Assembly (NCBI GenBank): GCA_964016885.1
Contig: OZ024740.1
Coordinates: forward strand, 82,212,001 to 82,276,000
Reading direction: 5' to 3'
Source: Eledone cirrhosa
Taxonomy: Eukaryota
DNA length: 64,000 nucleotides
Position numbers and translations under genes: made by a program. The notes below the pieces were generated by a model, which was given only the letters and a program-made list of their open reading frames with translations, searched no databases and was not told the DNA's origin. This document shows, in pieces, positions 46,887 to 60,700 of the stretch. Each line of letters opens with the position of its first letter. The first letter of the stretch is position 1.

Positions 46887-47586
46887 ATGTGCAAGTTAAA
46901 CACCTCTTGTCCACATAATTCCAGAACCTACTGCTATACCCTGATTGCGCATACTATGGGGGGGGAATCCAATTTAGACCTTCTGAAGATACCTTATGGA
47001 TCTCATAGTATTTCTATGACTCTACAGATGGGAAACTAAATCACCTGTCTTCTATAGTAACCACTGAATACCCTCCTATGTTGCTTTTGTGTGCCTTCAC
47101 ATGCCTCAATTTCTTTTTTTCTTTTCCCTTTGTTTAATTATTATTATATATTTTTTAAATTATTTTCTTCATTATTTTTAATTATTTTTATTTATTATTT
47201 TATTATTTTATTATTTTATTATTTTATTATTTTATTATTATTTTTTATTATTCTATTATTATTTTATTATTATTATTTTTAAAATTTAAAATTTTACTTT
47301 TTTTTAAATTTCTTTTAATTATTTTAAATGTTTTAAATTATTTTTTAAATTATCTTTAAGAGGTTTCGATTGCTTTTGTGTGCCTTCACATGCTTCAGTC
47401 TCTTGTGGCAAAATCTGCCTGTGTTCTTGTATTATCATGTTTTGCTATGATGTTAATAAACCCAGTAAGCATTCTCTCCATCCTTCTCAAATCCAATTTC
47501 CCTCTTACTATCCTGTACTCTTTCTCTACTGCTCTGGTGACTAAGCTTGGTAGAGCTTATATTCAGAACTATATTTTTGTTTATTA

Positions 47587-47633
47587 CGCTCTGATGATTC
47601 CTGCCCGACAGTATGGATGAAACATTGTTAGCG
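47587..47633 (+). ncRNA. Type I hammerhead ribozyme in 5' pLTR of family D
   Basis: CGCT-CTGATGA-TTCC...GGAT-GAAAC-ATT-GTT-AGCG. Confidence 0.75.
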
Positions 47634-50600
47634 AATAAAAATTGTATAAGTATGTAGGCGTTCTTTGATTTATTTTATCCAGAACGGCTCTGTTTTTGTA
47701 CATTGAGCTAATACGATAATGTCACAAATAAAACACTGTGCAGGTCTGCTTATGCATATATGCTCCGTTGTCTACGTAAATAATACTGCTCCCTATGGTA
47801 AAGCTAATAAATATGACCTGCACATCTACTGGTGTATGCTTATATAAAATTGACAGTATGCTAACCAAAGACTACCTACCTTTGTCACTTAAGAACATAC
47901 CCATCCCGTCTAGGAATACATATGAGAGACTGCTCGTTGCTAGTGTTAACTCCTTTTTCAAACGAATTAGGTTGAGCGCCTTCCACTTTGATAAAATGCG
48001 GGATAACCCCCAGCAAGAGAACCGGGATAATAAATATGGCTTTAGGACTTACAGGAATCAACCACATAACAGTATGCTGGATGGCTTTGAGAACGATTTT
48101 TTAACTCTTGTAAAGAATATTAGGTACAGGAAAAATCACACTAACACTAATACATTCCGTAAAATTCTCAAATCTATAGTTAAGGGCTTTAGCGATAGCG
48201 ATTCTATTCTCGTCCCATCAGATAAAACTAAAAATATTCATAGCCTAGTTTATAAAACATATCGCAGGTTAATTTATAAAGAACGCAATAGGAACTATAA
48301 GAAGACAACTTACACCAACCAGAATGAAATAAACATGGAGGGGCTTGACATTGTTAGGAAATTAAAACTAGAGAGATACACCCAACCCTTTACCTCTAAG
48401 CAACCTAGGTTTACACTAAAAAACCTTAAGGAATACTTTATTAGCAACCCCTCTGTTAGATAAATTAGCCCTTCTAAATCTAACACAGGGATCATAAGTA
48501 AAAAGATTTTAGATGGAATTATACCTGTAATTAGAAATAAAATTTACCTTGACCTGTGGGGGAATACGGAGGAGGTGATTGAATGGTTCTCAAGCATTAG
48601 TAACCATAAATCCCTTATGTTTGTCCAATTTGATAGGGATTCGTATTACACTTCTATCTCTCCCATCCTTCTGAATAAGGCCCTCACCCTGGCCATGCAG
48701 ACTAGTGATCTAACCAGATCCCAAAGTGGTATCGTTCTTGCCGCACGTAAAACTATAATCCTTTTTGAGGAACAATTATGGACCCTTAGCAACCCCTCTG
48801 TTAGATAAATTAGCCCTTCTAAATCTAACACAGGGATCATAAGTAAAAAGATTTTAGATGGAATTATACCTGTAATTAGAAATAAAATTTTGGACTTTAA
48901 CTCCTCCATGAGCTGCATAAAACATTTCCGTATCTTCGCGGTGGATTATATCATGACGATGCTCTCCTCACCCTTGAGTATAAACAAAATATAACATTGA
49001 AAGGACAAGGAAGGACCTGCGTAATTCTTTAAAGACTCTAACCTTAGTATTACTATGGATAGGAATAATAAATCAGTTAATTTCTTAGATGTAACTCTTG
49101 ACCTAGAAAATAAGATCTTCTCACCTTATCATAAACCTAATGAGAGACTGACGTATGTGAAGGCTAATTCCAACCATCCTCAATCAGTACTAAATGCAAT
49201 TATTAAAGGCGTATCTAATAGGATTAGCCGTTTATCATATAGTGAGGACGCATTCAATTCTAATGTTGAATATTATAATGATGCACTAGCAAAGTCTGGC
49301 TACATGAATAAGTTATATTACATACCTAGCAGCTCCCAAACCACCCATGCTGGACCAAATAGTATAATTACGCACAAAATGTCATTGAATAATAATAGTA
49401 ATAGAAATAAGAGTATGGGTAAGACTCGTATAGTAAATAATTTGGCCCGGCCCCTACGGAATAGCCCTGCTGTGCATCCTCTCCATATTCCTGCTAATAA
49501 CACTAATAACGCTAATAGCGGTATGATTAGATCTTGAATCTCAACGCGCAGTAGGTAGGCCTGTTGATGGGGGAGGGACCAAAATAATATGGGGCATTCA
49601 CAACAGGTAAATTATAGCAATAATATTGATGGCAATATGAGTAATGTGTGGTTCTAACAGTAACCCTTCTCTTGTTAGGAAAAAGAGAAAGAATAGAAGA
49701 AGACGGAACACATACTTTAACCCACCCTACAACTCGGAAATCCTAACTAAGCTTCCCAGAACCTTCTTCTTAATCCTAGAAAGGAATGTCCCGCCTGGCA
49801 GTAGATACCATAGTATAATCAATAAAAATACGATTAAACTATCATACTCCACTACCCCAAACCTAGTCTGCCACCTAGCACGCACTAATAATAAGAAAAT
49901 TATACTAGGGTTCGACACCATCAAATCTGTAAGTAAGCACCAACAACCTAACCTATTGCGAAATGAGTTACCCGATGGTGGTAACGGCACATTAGAGGAA
50001 CAAATCCCGTATCGGGAAAGTATTACGAACCAATCCTCCCGACACGAGGAGCAATACACACCGCAAATGTAATTGTAGACGGAGGGAAAATTGCCCTTTG
50101 AACGGCAATTGCCTCATGAGGAATATAGTTTATGCTTGTGATGTTGTAAAGGCAACCTCCACCAAAATATATGTGGGATTTACTTGTACCCCATTTAAGA
50201 CTAGATACAACTCTCAGAGATATACGTTTAGTTACGATAGGCTCAGGAATACCACCTCCCTGGCTAAATATATTTCCTTCTTAAAAGACGCTAGTATTAA
50301 TTATACCCTTAATTGGAGACTGGTAACTAAATCTACGCCCTACTGCCCCCGAGCAAAACTTGTAGCCTGTGCCTTCTGGAATCTCACGCCATAATATACT
50401 CTAGATGTAAACTGCTCAATAGGAAATCAGAAATATTTTCTTCTAGCATACATATGAATCTTAGTTCCTTTTACCACTTTAAGCTAGATCCGCCGGGATA
50501 TCACTCCCCTCTCTTCGGTAGCTCTGTAACAAGCTTTCAACTATCCGCCTCCTTAAGCCTATCTCCTTAACCAAATAACTTCTCCTCCTGTTGACTCTCC

Positions 50601-52940
50601 TCGGTATGTAATATTGCATGCATATGAGCCATTGCACTTGTGTATTGCTTGACAATCAGATGTTTCTGGTTGGCCCGGCCCACGGATGTCTGAGTTCCCA
50701 GGGGTGGCTCCACGTGACCTACACTTCGTGACTTCCCTACTGCTACTAATGTTGGGTACTAACATCCACCCATCTATCCCCAACTCGAGGGTTGCTGGTG
50801 TGTATAGGTATGCCTGGCTCGCGTGTGGGGCGGGGATTCAAACTTTAAATGGTTGCGTGCTTGGTCCCTGATGGATAGCATAGCGTCCCAATAAATATCT
50901 CTCCTAGATAATGGACGGTACTCTATCGGGTATAATAGCCCGTAGCTATTACGCGGGAGGTAACTTACCTAATCGCCCCAATTGGTGTGGTTCCACAGAC
51001 TCCTATGGGCGTATCTAGTTCCATATATAGACCCTTCTTGCTGCAGGATATACGTACACTGCCCACTCCTCCTACATATGGCTATAACTCCTACCTATTG
51101 TGGGGATAGACCCCATACCAACACATATGTATTAAATTAGGGTTCTCTTTGGCGTAGTACCTATATATAATGCCATCTGTTTGAACCAGCCACAATATGA
51201 ACACTTTCCCATAGTAGCATGAGTATAGTAAATTATGGTCTTATAGACATATCCTACGTTAAACTGGGATTTAATAGCATATGGTTTGGTCCACTTGACA
51301 GTTCTGGAGATCTAACAATATTATAGCTCCTTAATGGTACGAATCTTATTGACACAGTGTGGTAACTCACTTGGTGGATAAATTTTCTGTGGCGGTTGAA
51401 AATAAGTAGTCTCATAGGTAACGTCATAGACTAGTGCCCCTTTCTCTGCCATTGAAACGTCATTAACTAGTGACTGAAAAGAGTTATACCCCGTATGTAC
51501 ATTTTACGTCATGGATTGGTGTGTATATACCTATCGCCATTGGGACGAATTTGAAGCGCGTGTGTTTAATTTTTGCAGAGCCGGGCTCTTGGATTATTGC
51601 GGAATATGGGAGCTGTCTTGTATGACTAATGTACACCTGTATGAGTACGACCTCAATTGACAGACATGCTGTTGTGCCTGGTGGAATTAGGGATCTGATC
51701 TGAGCACTTGTATGTCCTTTTCTGTGTTGCTTGTTGATCCACGTGCTGTACGCTTGGAGTCAACGGGAATTTACTGCTGGATATAATCAAGCAATATTTG
51801 GACGCGGTTACGATTGGATTGCGGAGTGGTTTACATATGGTCATAGGAGGATTTGGAATTATAACACATCTCAATCTGGATTTTCGAGCGTATGAGGATT
51901 TGGATGCGTAAAATTAGCTTGTAACACATATCAATATATGTGCTGGTATATATTGGTGAACATATGAATACGGTTGTAATAACATCTACAGACGATCTTC
52001 ATATGTTATGACTTCTTGCCGATTGGATTACCATCTACGGTTGATCCACATGTGTTATGATTTCTCACCAAATATACCTTAACAGTGACTAAACCATGTT
52101 TGTTGTGTATTGATTGCTTCAGCTTGTTTATGCATTAAGCCCGCTTTGTCTGTGTTTGGTTTATATCGGTGTGGTGCCTGTCCATGTGCAAGTTTAACAC
52201 TTCTTGTCCACATAAGTCTATACTGCTATACCCTGATTGCGCATACTATGGGGGGGGGGATAACATCCCCTTTAGACCTGAAGATACCTTGTGGATATCA
52301 TAGTATTTCTATGACTCTAAAGCATTGGAAACTAAATCATCTGTTTTCTATAGTAACCAATGCATACCCTCCTTTGTTGCTTTTGTGTGCCTTCACATGC
52401 CTCGATTTCCTTTTTCGTTTCCCTCTTTGTTTAATTATTATTATATATTTTATTATTTTCTCAATTATTTTTTATTATTTTTATTTATTATTTTATTATT
52501 TTATTATTTTATTATTTTATTATTATTTTTTTTATTATTTTATTATTTTATTATTTTATTATTATTAATTTTTTATTTTTACTTTTAAATTTTTTAAAAT
52601 TTATTTTTATTCATTTAAATTTTTTTTATTATTTTTAATTATTATTAATTAATTTTAATTATTTTTAATTCATTTTAATTATTTTTAAAATTATTTTTTA
52701 AAATTATATTTAAGTGCTTTTGATTGTTTTTGTGTGCCTTCACATGCCTCAGTCTCTTGTGGGAAAATCTGCCTGTGTACTTGTATTATCATGTTTTGCT
52801 ATGATGTTAATAAACCCACCACGCATTCTCTCCATCCTTCTCTAATCCAATCTCCCACTTGCTATCCTGTACTGATTCTCTACTGCTCTCTTGACTAAGC
52901 TTGGTAGAGCTTATATTCAGCACTATATTTTTGTTTATTA

Positions 52941-52987
52941 CGCTCTGATGAGTCCTGCCCCACGGTATGGATGAAACATTGTTAGCG
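52941..52987 (+). ncRNA. Type I hammerhead ribozyme in 3' pLTR of family D
   Basis: CGCT-CTGATGA-GTCC...GGAT-GAAAC-ATT-GTT-AGCG. Confidence 0.8.
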
Positions 52988-53035
52988 AATAAAGATTGTA
53001 TAAGTATGTAGGCGTTCTTTGATTTATTTTCTCTC

Positions 53036-53196
<161 letters not shown>

Positions 53197-53797
53197 TATA
53201 TATATGTGTGTGTGTGCATGTATGTATACATATATATATATATATATATTTTATCTGCTTATCTTCAAGAACTATGCCTATAAATAATATTATTTTTTCT
53301 TTCACATTGCCTTATAATGTTCCACATTACGCCCCTTTTTTTTCTTTTTTCTTTTCACTACTTAAACCTTCTTTGTAAATAACATTATTCTTTCTTCACC
53401 ATTTCCTTAAAATTTTCAACACCACCATTTTACACCAATACATATATGCGCGAGGACATAGAAATAGTCAGCTGGACACCCGATCGCGCGGTTAAACCAT
53501 TGGGAGTGGAGGGCCCTTAGCCTTTGTCAGGGCATTCTTCTAGGAGAAAACAACTCAGGAAACTGGTATAACTCCGATATAAAACATACCGTTCAGTAGT
53601 TACCGATGATGTTGATCTTTTCTTCTTTTGGGGTTATAGCTACTGTCGCTCAGAGAGTGGGATTGGCTCAGTGCACAGTCTTTCCTCGTTTTAAAATATA
53701 TATTCACGCACATGCATTGCACGATTTAGTTAATTAATAATTATTAATAATGGTAGATCGTTCAATGACATTACTCGATAACGAGGGGGCAGCAATC

Positions 53798-53881
<84 letters not shown>

Positions 53882-53939
53882 ACAGGGAGAAAAAGACGTT
53901 TATTAGGAAGAAAAGTATATTTTTTTCATTTTCATTTTT

Positions 53940-56005
53940 TTCTCTTTTTTCTGGATTAGAAAATGATTAAAACAAAATATTTTACTTTGTGTGAAGTGTT
54001 AAGCTATTAGTTAATTTATTTATTAATTAACAATGGCATTTATTTATTTATTTATATATTTAATAATTGTCTATTACCGGTTTCAGTATTTTTATGTATT
54101 GGTGTAAAATGGTGGTGTTGAAGATGTTAAGGAAATGATGAAGAAAGAATAATGTTATTTACAAACCAGGTTTATGAATTGAAAAGAAAAAAGAAAATTA
54201 AAGGGCAATGTGAAAGAAATAATAATATCATTTACAGGCATGTTCTTGAAGATAAGCAGATCAAAATGTGTTAATATAGCAAGAGTGCTTAGTTGATCCA
54301 TGATGGAGGCAAATGGTAGTCTGGGGTTTGATATGATTTCCCTTTTAGAGAGTTAATATGCAGGGGGAGGTAATTCATGGTGGTCATGTAGGTGGGAGAG
54401 AAATGATCGATGGTATTTAATTAATATAAGAAAAAGGATTAGGTAGGGTGTATGGGAGGTGACTCTTCAGAGAGACATTGGTATTTGGATTTGGTTCATT
54501 TTTCGGTCCAGTTTTAGTTTAGTCAGAAGTTTACTGCATTAAGTAGGGGTTGAAATTGGTACGATGGATGAAAGTAGTGTTGTCTATGAATTTGTAAATG
54601 GGCCAACATTTTAAAGTTTGGATGTAGATTGGGTGCACAATTGGCGATATGTTCATTAACGCAATCCTTCTGTATTCGTGTATTTTGATTTTTGATCTAT
54701 GGACGATCATACGTTGTCGGAGGCTGTTTTTTATCTGTCCTATGTAGTGCTCTTGACAACCTGAGCAGGTAAAAACATAGATTAGGTTTTCAGATGCACA
54801 TGTAAAGTTGTGTTTAACTGTGAAATGTTGTCCTTATTTAAAATGATATGTTGAACCTTCTATTAGATGTATAATATACCACAGTTGGGCCTTCCGCATT
54901 TTTTTTACTGTAGGGTTCATTGTGAGGGTTGGTTGGAATTTGGCTTGTGTCAGGATGTTTTTTATGGATTTAGGTTGTCTTTTCTTCTTTATGATGTTGT
55001 GTTTGGAGAATTTTGTTCATTCTTGAGTCTCTTTTTAGTACAGGAATGTACTAGAGGATGGTGTCCAATGCCTCATTGTTGAGGCGGTTATGTTTGGAGA
55101 TGTATGCTAGAGCTTTCTGTTGCGGTTCATTCCTGAGTTTGGGGTATCTGAGTTCCTGGATGTCGAGTTTTAGAGCACGTTGGAATACATTGTTGATTAT
55201 GGATGGTGGGTAGTTTCTGCTGATAAGTGTGTTTTTTAATTCTTCTAGCCGTGTGCAGCATGTGTATTTATCTGAAACTATTGTGTAAATCTTTCTGGCT
55301 AGGTTATAAGGAATTGCCCTTTTGGTATGTCGAGGGTGGCACGAGTTGAATGGAAGGTATTGTTTGGAGTCTGTGGGTTTGTAGTATATGTCTGTTTCTA
55401 TGTTGTTGTTTGTTTTATTTATGAGGACGTTGAGGAAAGGGAGTTGTTCATGGCTGTAATCCATTGTAAATTGTAAGTCTGTGTTGAGTTCATTTAGAAG
55501 GGCTTTAAATTCAATCAGTCTATCTATACTTTCATGCCAGAGGATGAAGCAGTCGTCCAGATATCTCTTCCAATTCTTTTCTATGTGTTGGTAGAAGTGG
55601 TTACCGTATTTGTCTACAACTTTGCGGGAGATGGGTTTCCCAAAATATACCATGACAAGGTTGCCGTATGAGGGGGCTACTTTGTGCCCATGGCAGTCCC
55701 AGATTTCTGTCTGTAGTATCTGGCATCGAATTCAAAGAAGTTGTTTTCCAAGATGAATGTGAGTCCCTCCAGCACAAATTATTTAGGGATGCGCTGTGGG
55801 AGTTCACTAGGGACATGTTCAAGCCAGAACTGTATTGCCACTCTACCTAGGTTGTGTTGGATATTGGAATATAAATTGATGACATCAAAGGTTACTATTA
55901 TTATTGAGTGTTGTTGGGAGGTGGTTGAGCATGTCAAGGTAGTCCCTTATGAAGCTTTTCATGTGTTTTAGGAAACGTTTAAGCAGAATATCTAGGAAGT
56001 TGATA
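53940..56005 (-). mobile_element. 5'-truncated family B PLE; part of its pLTR is copied in inverted orientation at 53248-53444
   Basis: ORF 55051-55653 NWKRYLDDCFILW...ETDIYYKPTDSKQYL; GIY-YIG remnants at 54700-54900. 53248-53444 is the reverse complement of ~54093-54267. Confidence 0.88.
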
Positions 56006-56140
56006 ATGAACATATCCTACTAGTAACCTTTTAATCTTATAGCCTGGTCTAATTGATTTTTTATGTGTTTAATTAAGGTAATTGTGATAGAAAATGGTGT
56101 ATATATATTATCAAATGATTCTATGGATATACTTTATGAC

Positions 56141-56174
<34 letters not shown>

Positions 56175-56178
56175 ACAT

Positions 56179-56304
<126 letters not shown>

Positions 56305-56397
56305 ATATACATATATATACATATACATTATGAAGAGAGAAGAAACATTTAGATATAATTAGTAATAAAATGTATCATACCTAAACTGTTCCTAAAT

Positions 56398-56485
56398 TCC
56401 TCGACTACGTAGTTTCGTGGCATAAACAAAAACAATATATCAAAGATATAGAGTCCTTGCGAGGTCTGCCGACTTATCAAGAGGA
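56398..56485 (-). ncRNA. Type I hammerhead ribozyme, U3-A8 core, long stem II
   Basis: Reverse strand: TCCTC-TTGATAA-GTCGGCA...TGCCAC-GAAAC-TACGTA-GTC-GAGGA. Confidence 0.78.
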
Positions 56486-56835
56486 TACCTCATTTTACTA
56501 GTCTCAAGAACGCGTCTACACGACGTGAGAAAGAATCCCAAAAGGCGGAGGGGGAGATAGTCACGCGATATAACGGTCGAGAAACAGAGCTAAGCCTCTT
56601 ATAACCACGAAAAAAATACCACGGAGGCGGAGGGGGTATTCATATCGAGGCCGTAGAAGAGGTAGTGAAGAAGGCGAGAAGTATGAGTAATGGAAGCTTT
56701 CCAGTTGTCCCCACACTTCAAAGATTGCTCGACCAGAGGGAGTTATTAATACATTTAGAAACACACAGATACATGCGGACACACACATATATACATGAAT
56801 GCATCCGCACCCAACTGTGAGTTAAGGGTGCCAAC

Positions 56836-57034
56836 TTCACCGATGTTGCTCAATGAATGACTGGGACAGACCAATTCAGTTTGAACCAGACTGAACCAGT
56901 ATCAGAGTTAAAAATACATTATGAAGAGAGAAGAAACATTTAAACATTTAGATATAATTAACTCTGATACTGGTTCAGTCTGGTTCAAACTGAATTGGTC
57001 TGTCCCAGTCATTCATTGAGCAACATCGGTGAAG
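56836..57034. repeat. Perfect ~75-bp inverted repeat with a spacer copied from 56323-56360
   Basis: CTTCACCGATGTTGC...ATCAGAGTTAA / TTAACTCTGAT...GCAACATCGGTGAAG; spacer TACATTATGAAGAGAGAAGAAACATTT...AGATATAA. Confidence 0.85.
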
Positions 57035-57100
57035 TAATCGGCAGATTAATGATGTTATATTCTTATAGAAATCTAGTAAATAATCAGGAGCTGATTATGC

Positions 57101-57634
57101 TATAAGAATATAACATCATTAATCTCAGTAGACGGGCGGGGTAGTTGGCCTTGATAAGCTTCAACAAAAGCGAAACATGTGATGTCGGCTTATCTCCTCC
57201 TGTTTGCTGAGATCGAAGTGAGTGAATTTGTCACTACTTTAAAACAATAGCTTACGGTCTTCAAAATGCTTTTAATTAAGCATAAAGTGTATTGCAAAAT
57301 ACATTATATTTACATCCATATATATATTGCTATTTCAGAGCTACAATTCTAATTTTTAATTTCTGCCTGACCAACAACCGCTCTGCATAATCAGCTCCTG
57401 ATTATTTACTAGATTTCTATAAGAATATAACATCATTAATCTCAGCAGACGGGCGGGGTAGTTGGCCTTGATAAGCTTCAACAAAAGCGAAACATGTCAT
57501 GTCGGCTTATCTCCTCCTGTTTGCTGAGATCGAAGTGAGTGAATTTGTCACTACTTTAAAACAATAGCTTACGGTCTTCAAAATGCTTTTAATTAAGCAT
57601 AAAGTGTATTGCAAAATACATTATATTTACATCC

Positions 57635-57637
<3 letters not shown>
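57101..57637 (+). repeat. Tandem 317-bp repeat, one HHR per unit (retrozyme-like)
   Basis: Nearly identical units. HHRs at 57148-57189 and 57465-57506: GCC-TTGATAA-GCTT(CAACAA)AAGC-GAAACAT-GT(G/C)-ATGTC-GGC. Confidence 0.85.
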
Positions 57638-57669
<32 letters not shown>

Positions 57670-57676
57670 CACACAT

Positions 57677-57781
<105 letters not shown>

Positions 57782-60700
57782 CGTTTCTGAATTTGTTTAG
57801 CAAGATTCTTTATCTGAAATCGTGTGTTGAAACCGATATTGTTATACTTTGGGAGGGTCATCTTGCCAATAAGAAACACACGCACCATTGCTTTCACTTC
57901 AATTTATTATAATAAATTTATAAATTTATAAATTTCTGGTTCGTTGGTTGGTTCCACAACCAGATAGTTGTTTATATATTGTCATAGTTCTTTCGTCACA
58001 CACTCTGTGACCTCTTCAGTGACTGGAGATTCTTTTCTTTAATTTTTGTGCCCCTCCTTTGTTCTGTCCTACGCCATTTTGTTTCTGTGTGTTGTGTGCT
58101 CAGTCTGCGCATGCGCCACATCCGGGTGTCTGTGTGTGTTTATGTTCATTTATTTATTTGTTTATTTACATGTTACTGGTTGGTTGTTTGTTCTATGTGT
58201 GTGTGTGTTTTAATTTTGTCCTTAATTGTAAGTTGTGATGTTGCTGTTCCACTCATATTTTCTATTTAATTTTGGCTGTAATTCTTTTATATGTATTGCC
58301 TCTGTGATTTGTCAAAACATTGCGTCTTTTCTGTGTGTAGATTCTATTATTATTTCTATGTTCTCTAATTTACCCTTGTGTTCTATTTTAGCATGTTGGT
58401 AGAGTACAGATGATTCTTTACTATCTTGAAGGTCTCGCCAGTGTTCATTTATCCGTTCCCCTACACTACGAGCTGTCTCACCTATGTACACTATATTTTT
58501 GTCTCTACATTGTCCTTCAGTACATATTATGCTAAACAAATTCAGAAACGAAATATTGTAAGCCTTAGCCAGGCTAACAAGATACTGAAAACCACCATGT
58601 TCTGTTGTCTACGAAAAACCATAACATCTCGACAACTACACTTCATAAAAGAATGTGCCTCGTCCCGAGTTTACACCAACACCATCAACACCGACGTAAG
58701 AAGATTACAACTCACCAAAAACCAAGCAGATAGGCTAAAACGAACACTAATTCTAAACATAAAAAAGATCTATAGAGAATTAAGCCATCAAGAAAAACAT
58801 AAGCGTAACCTAATACAAGAAATAGCTAGGATCACCACACCAAGAGAGAAACTAATATTTATAAGCCTTATACGTCCTGAAGAACACTACATTACTCAAG
58901 AATGTGATAAGCACTTTAACAAGAAACTAAAGTGGCTTAAGCAGATAAAGGTAAATCAGGATACTGTAGAGAATACCAATAGATATCCCGACAAAATTGA
59001 CGGTATAAATATGGCCGACACCTCATTAACAGATGAGTTCAACAACAACAACAACAACACAAATATATACGGCAAAATGGTAATAGATGACGATGAGTTA
59101 TCTGTATTACTTCTACCACCGAAATTTGAGACATTCAAGAAGGTAAATATGATTAGTTGTCTGTCAGAAATAGAAAAATAATTTACAAAACTACGTTGGA
59201 GCCTCAAAAACAAAAAGAAAAACAAAAGTAACAATATACGCACACACATATACAACACAGATCCCAACAACAACAAAATTAACAATATACGCACACACAT
59301 CTACAACACAGATCCCAACAACAACAGACACACAGACACAAACAACAATAACAACAACATACACACCACCACCAACAACAACAACAACAATAATAACATA
59401 CCCAGAAACAACAACAACAGACACGCAGACAAAAACAACAATAACAACACACACAACAATAATAACACACACGGAGACAACAACAACACACATCAACAAC
59501 AGCACACATCAACAACAACAACTCACACACATTCAATGCCTCTCACCACCTCCACAATCTTAACAAACACACAGACACAGAAAACAAGTAATGACAGTAG
59601 CACAGAAATCACAGAAATAAGGGAAAGTAATAGGATTAAAAGGAGAAGGGAGACTAAGGACAAAGAAAATAACCAAGACGAACACACAGACACACAAAAT
59701 AGGGTAGATAACAACAATGAGCCAGTGGAAAGAGACAGGAGTAATTATGAGAGACATAGAAACAACCATGAGGCTGTTGGTGGAAATAGAAATAGAAACA
59801 ACACAACTAACAATAACAATAGCACTAGTACACATAAAGCAGCAGCCTGGAACTCTACTTTTTATAATCCCTCCGATAAATTGTTCGACCTGCGACGAGT
59901 CCACGCCACGACTTTACCATTTAACAAACGCACACAATTGCCGTCGCAGCTCGATGAACAAACAGAAGCACTATTTAGTATAGCTAGATCCGAACTTAGA
60001 AATATTATAGAACAGTATAGCAAGAAGCATAATAGAATGGAGGCCCAGCAACTGGGAGAAAAATCTGCAAATGGCTTGCGTAAGCTCATGCAGGGCTCGC
60101 GTAATGGAGAGATAGCATGCTTTCCAACAGACAAGTCTGGCAGAATGTCGGTTGACAGCCTGCCAAACTACATCCAGGCAATGCAACCCCACATCACTAA
60201 CACAAGAGAGGTAACACCACAGGAGCATGAGGATAGAGAAAAAGCCCTCAATGCCCATATGGTGATGTGGACGAATATAATGCAGCCCAACAAAAGGACT
60301 GCCAACAATTTCCAGGCCTGGAACAATGACGTGCCGGCGTTGTATGGGCTTCGAAAAGACCATAAAACGGGCAGTGACCCTGTCACGGGACCACCAACAC
60401 GGCCAGTCTGTGGAGCTAACATTGCTAGTAACTAAAGACTGTCCTACTTCCTCTCCCTGATCATACGCCCCATCATTGAAATGTCCCCAGATGTATGTGA
60501 TAGCACGGAGGACCTCCTCAGCAGAATCGGTGAGAGTAACCGATCTAGGGACCTAACAAACTGCATAATAGGTAGTATGGACGTTGTGTCCCTATATCCA
60601 TCTATTGACGTGGATTTTGCTGTGGAGAAATGCGTAGAAATGATCAGTGAGAGCAATGTTGAGTTCCGTGGGATCGATACCAGTGAGCTGGGACTCCTAC

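Larger units (their letters stand above)
46883..53030 (+). mobile_element. Penelope-like element, family D (Naiad-like), with direct pLTRs ~46883-47680 and ~52180-53030
   Basis: Decayed ORF ~47860-50490: SLKNIPIPS, PSDKTKN, LYHDD, VNFLDVTLDL, YVKANSNHP, YFNPPY, CNC...CPLNGNCL, IVYAC...YVGFTCTPFKTRY, CSLC...LLNRKSE. ~800-bp direct repeats each hold an HHR. The clade call is from recalled motifs. Confidence 0.88.
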
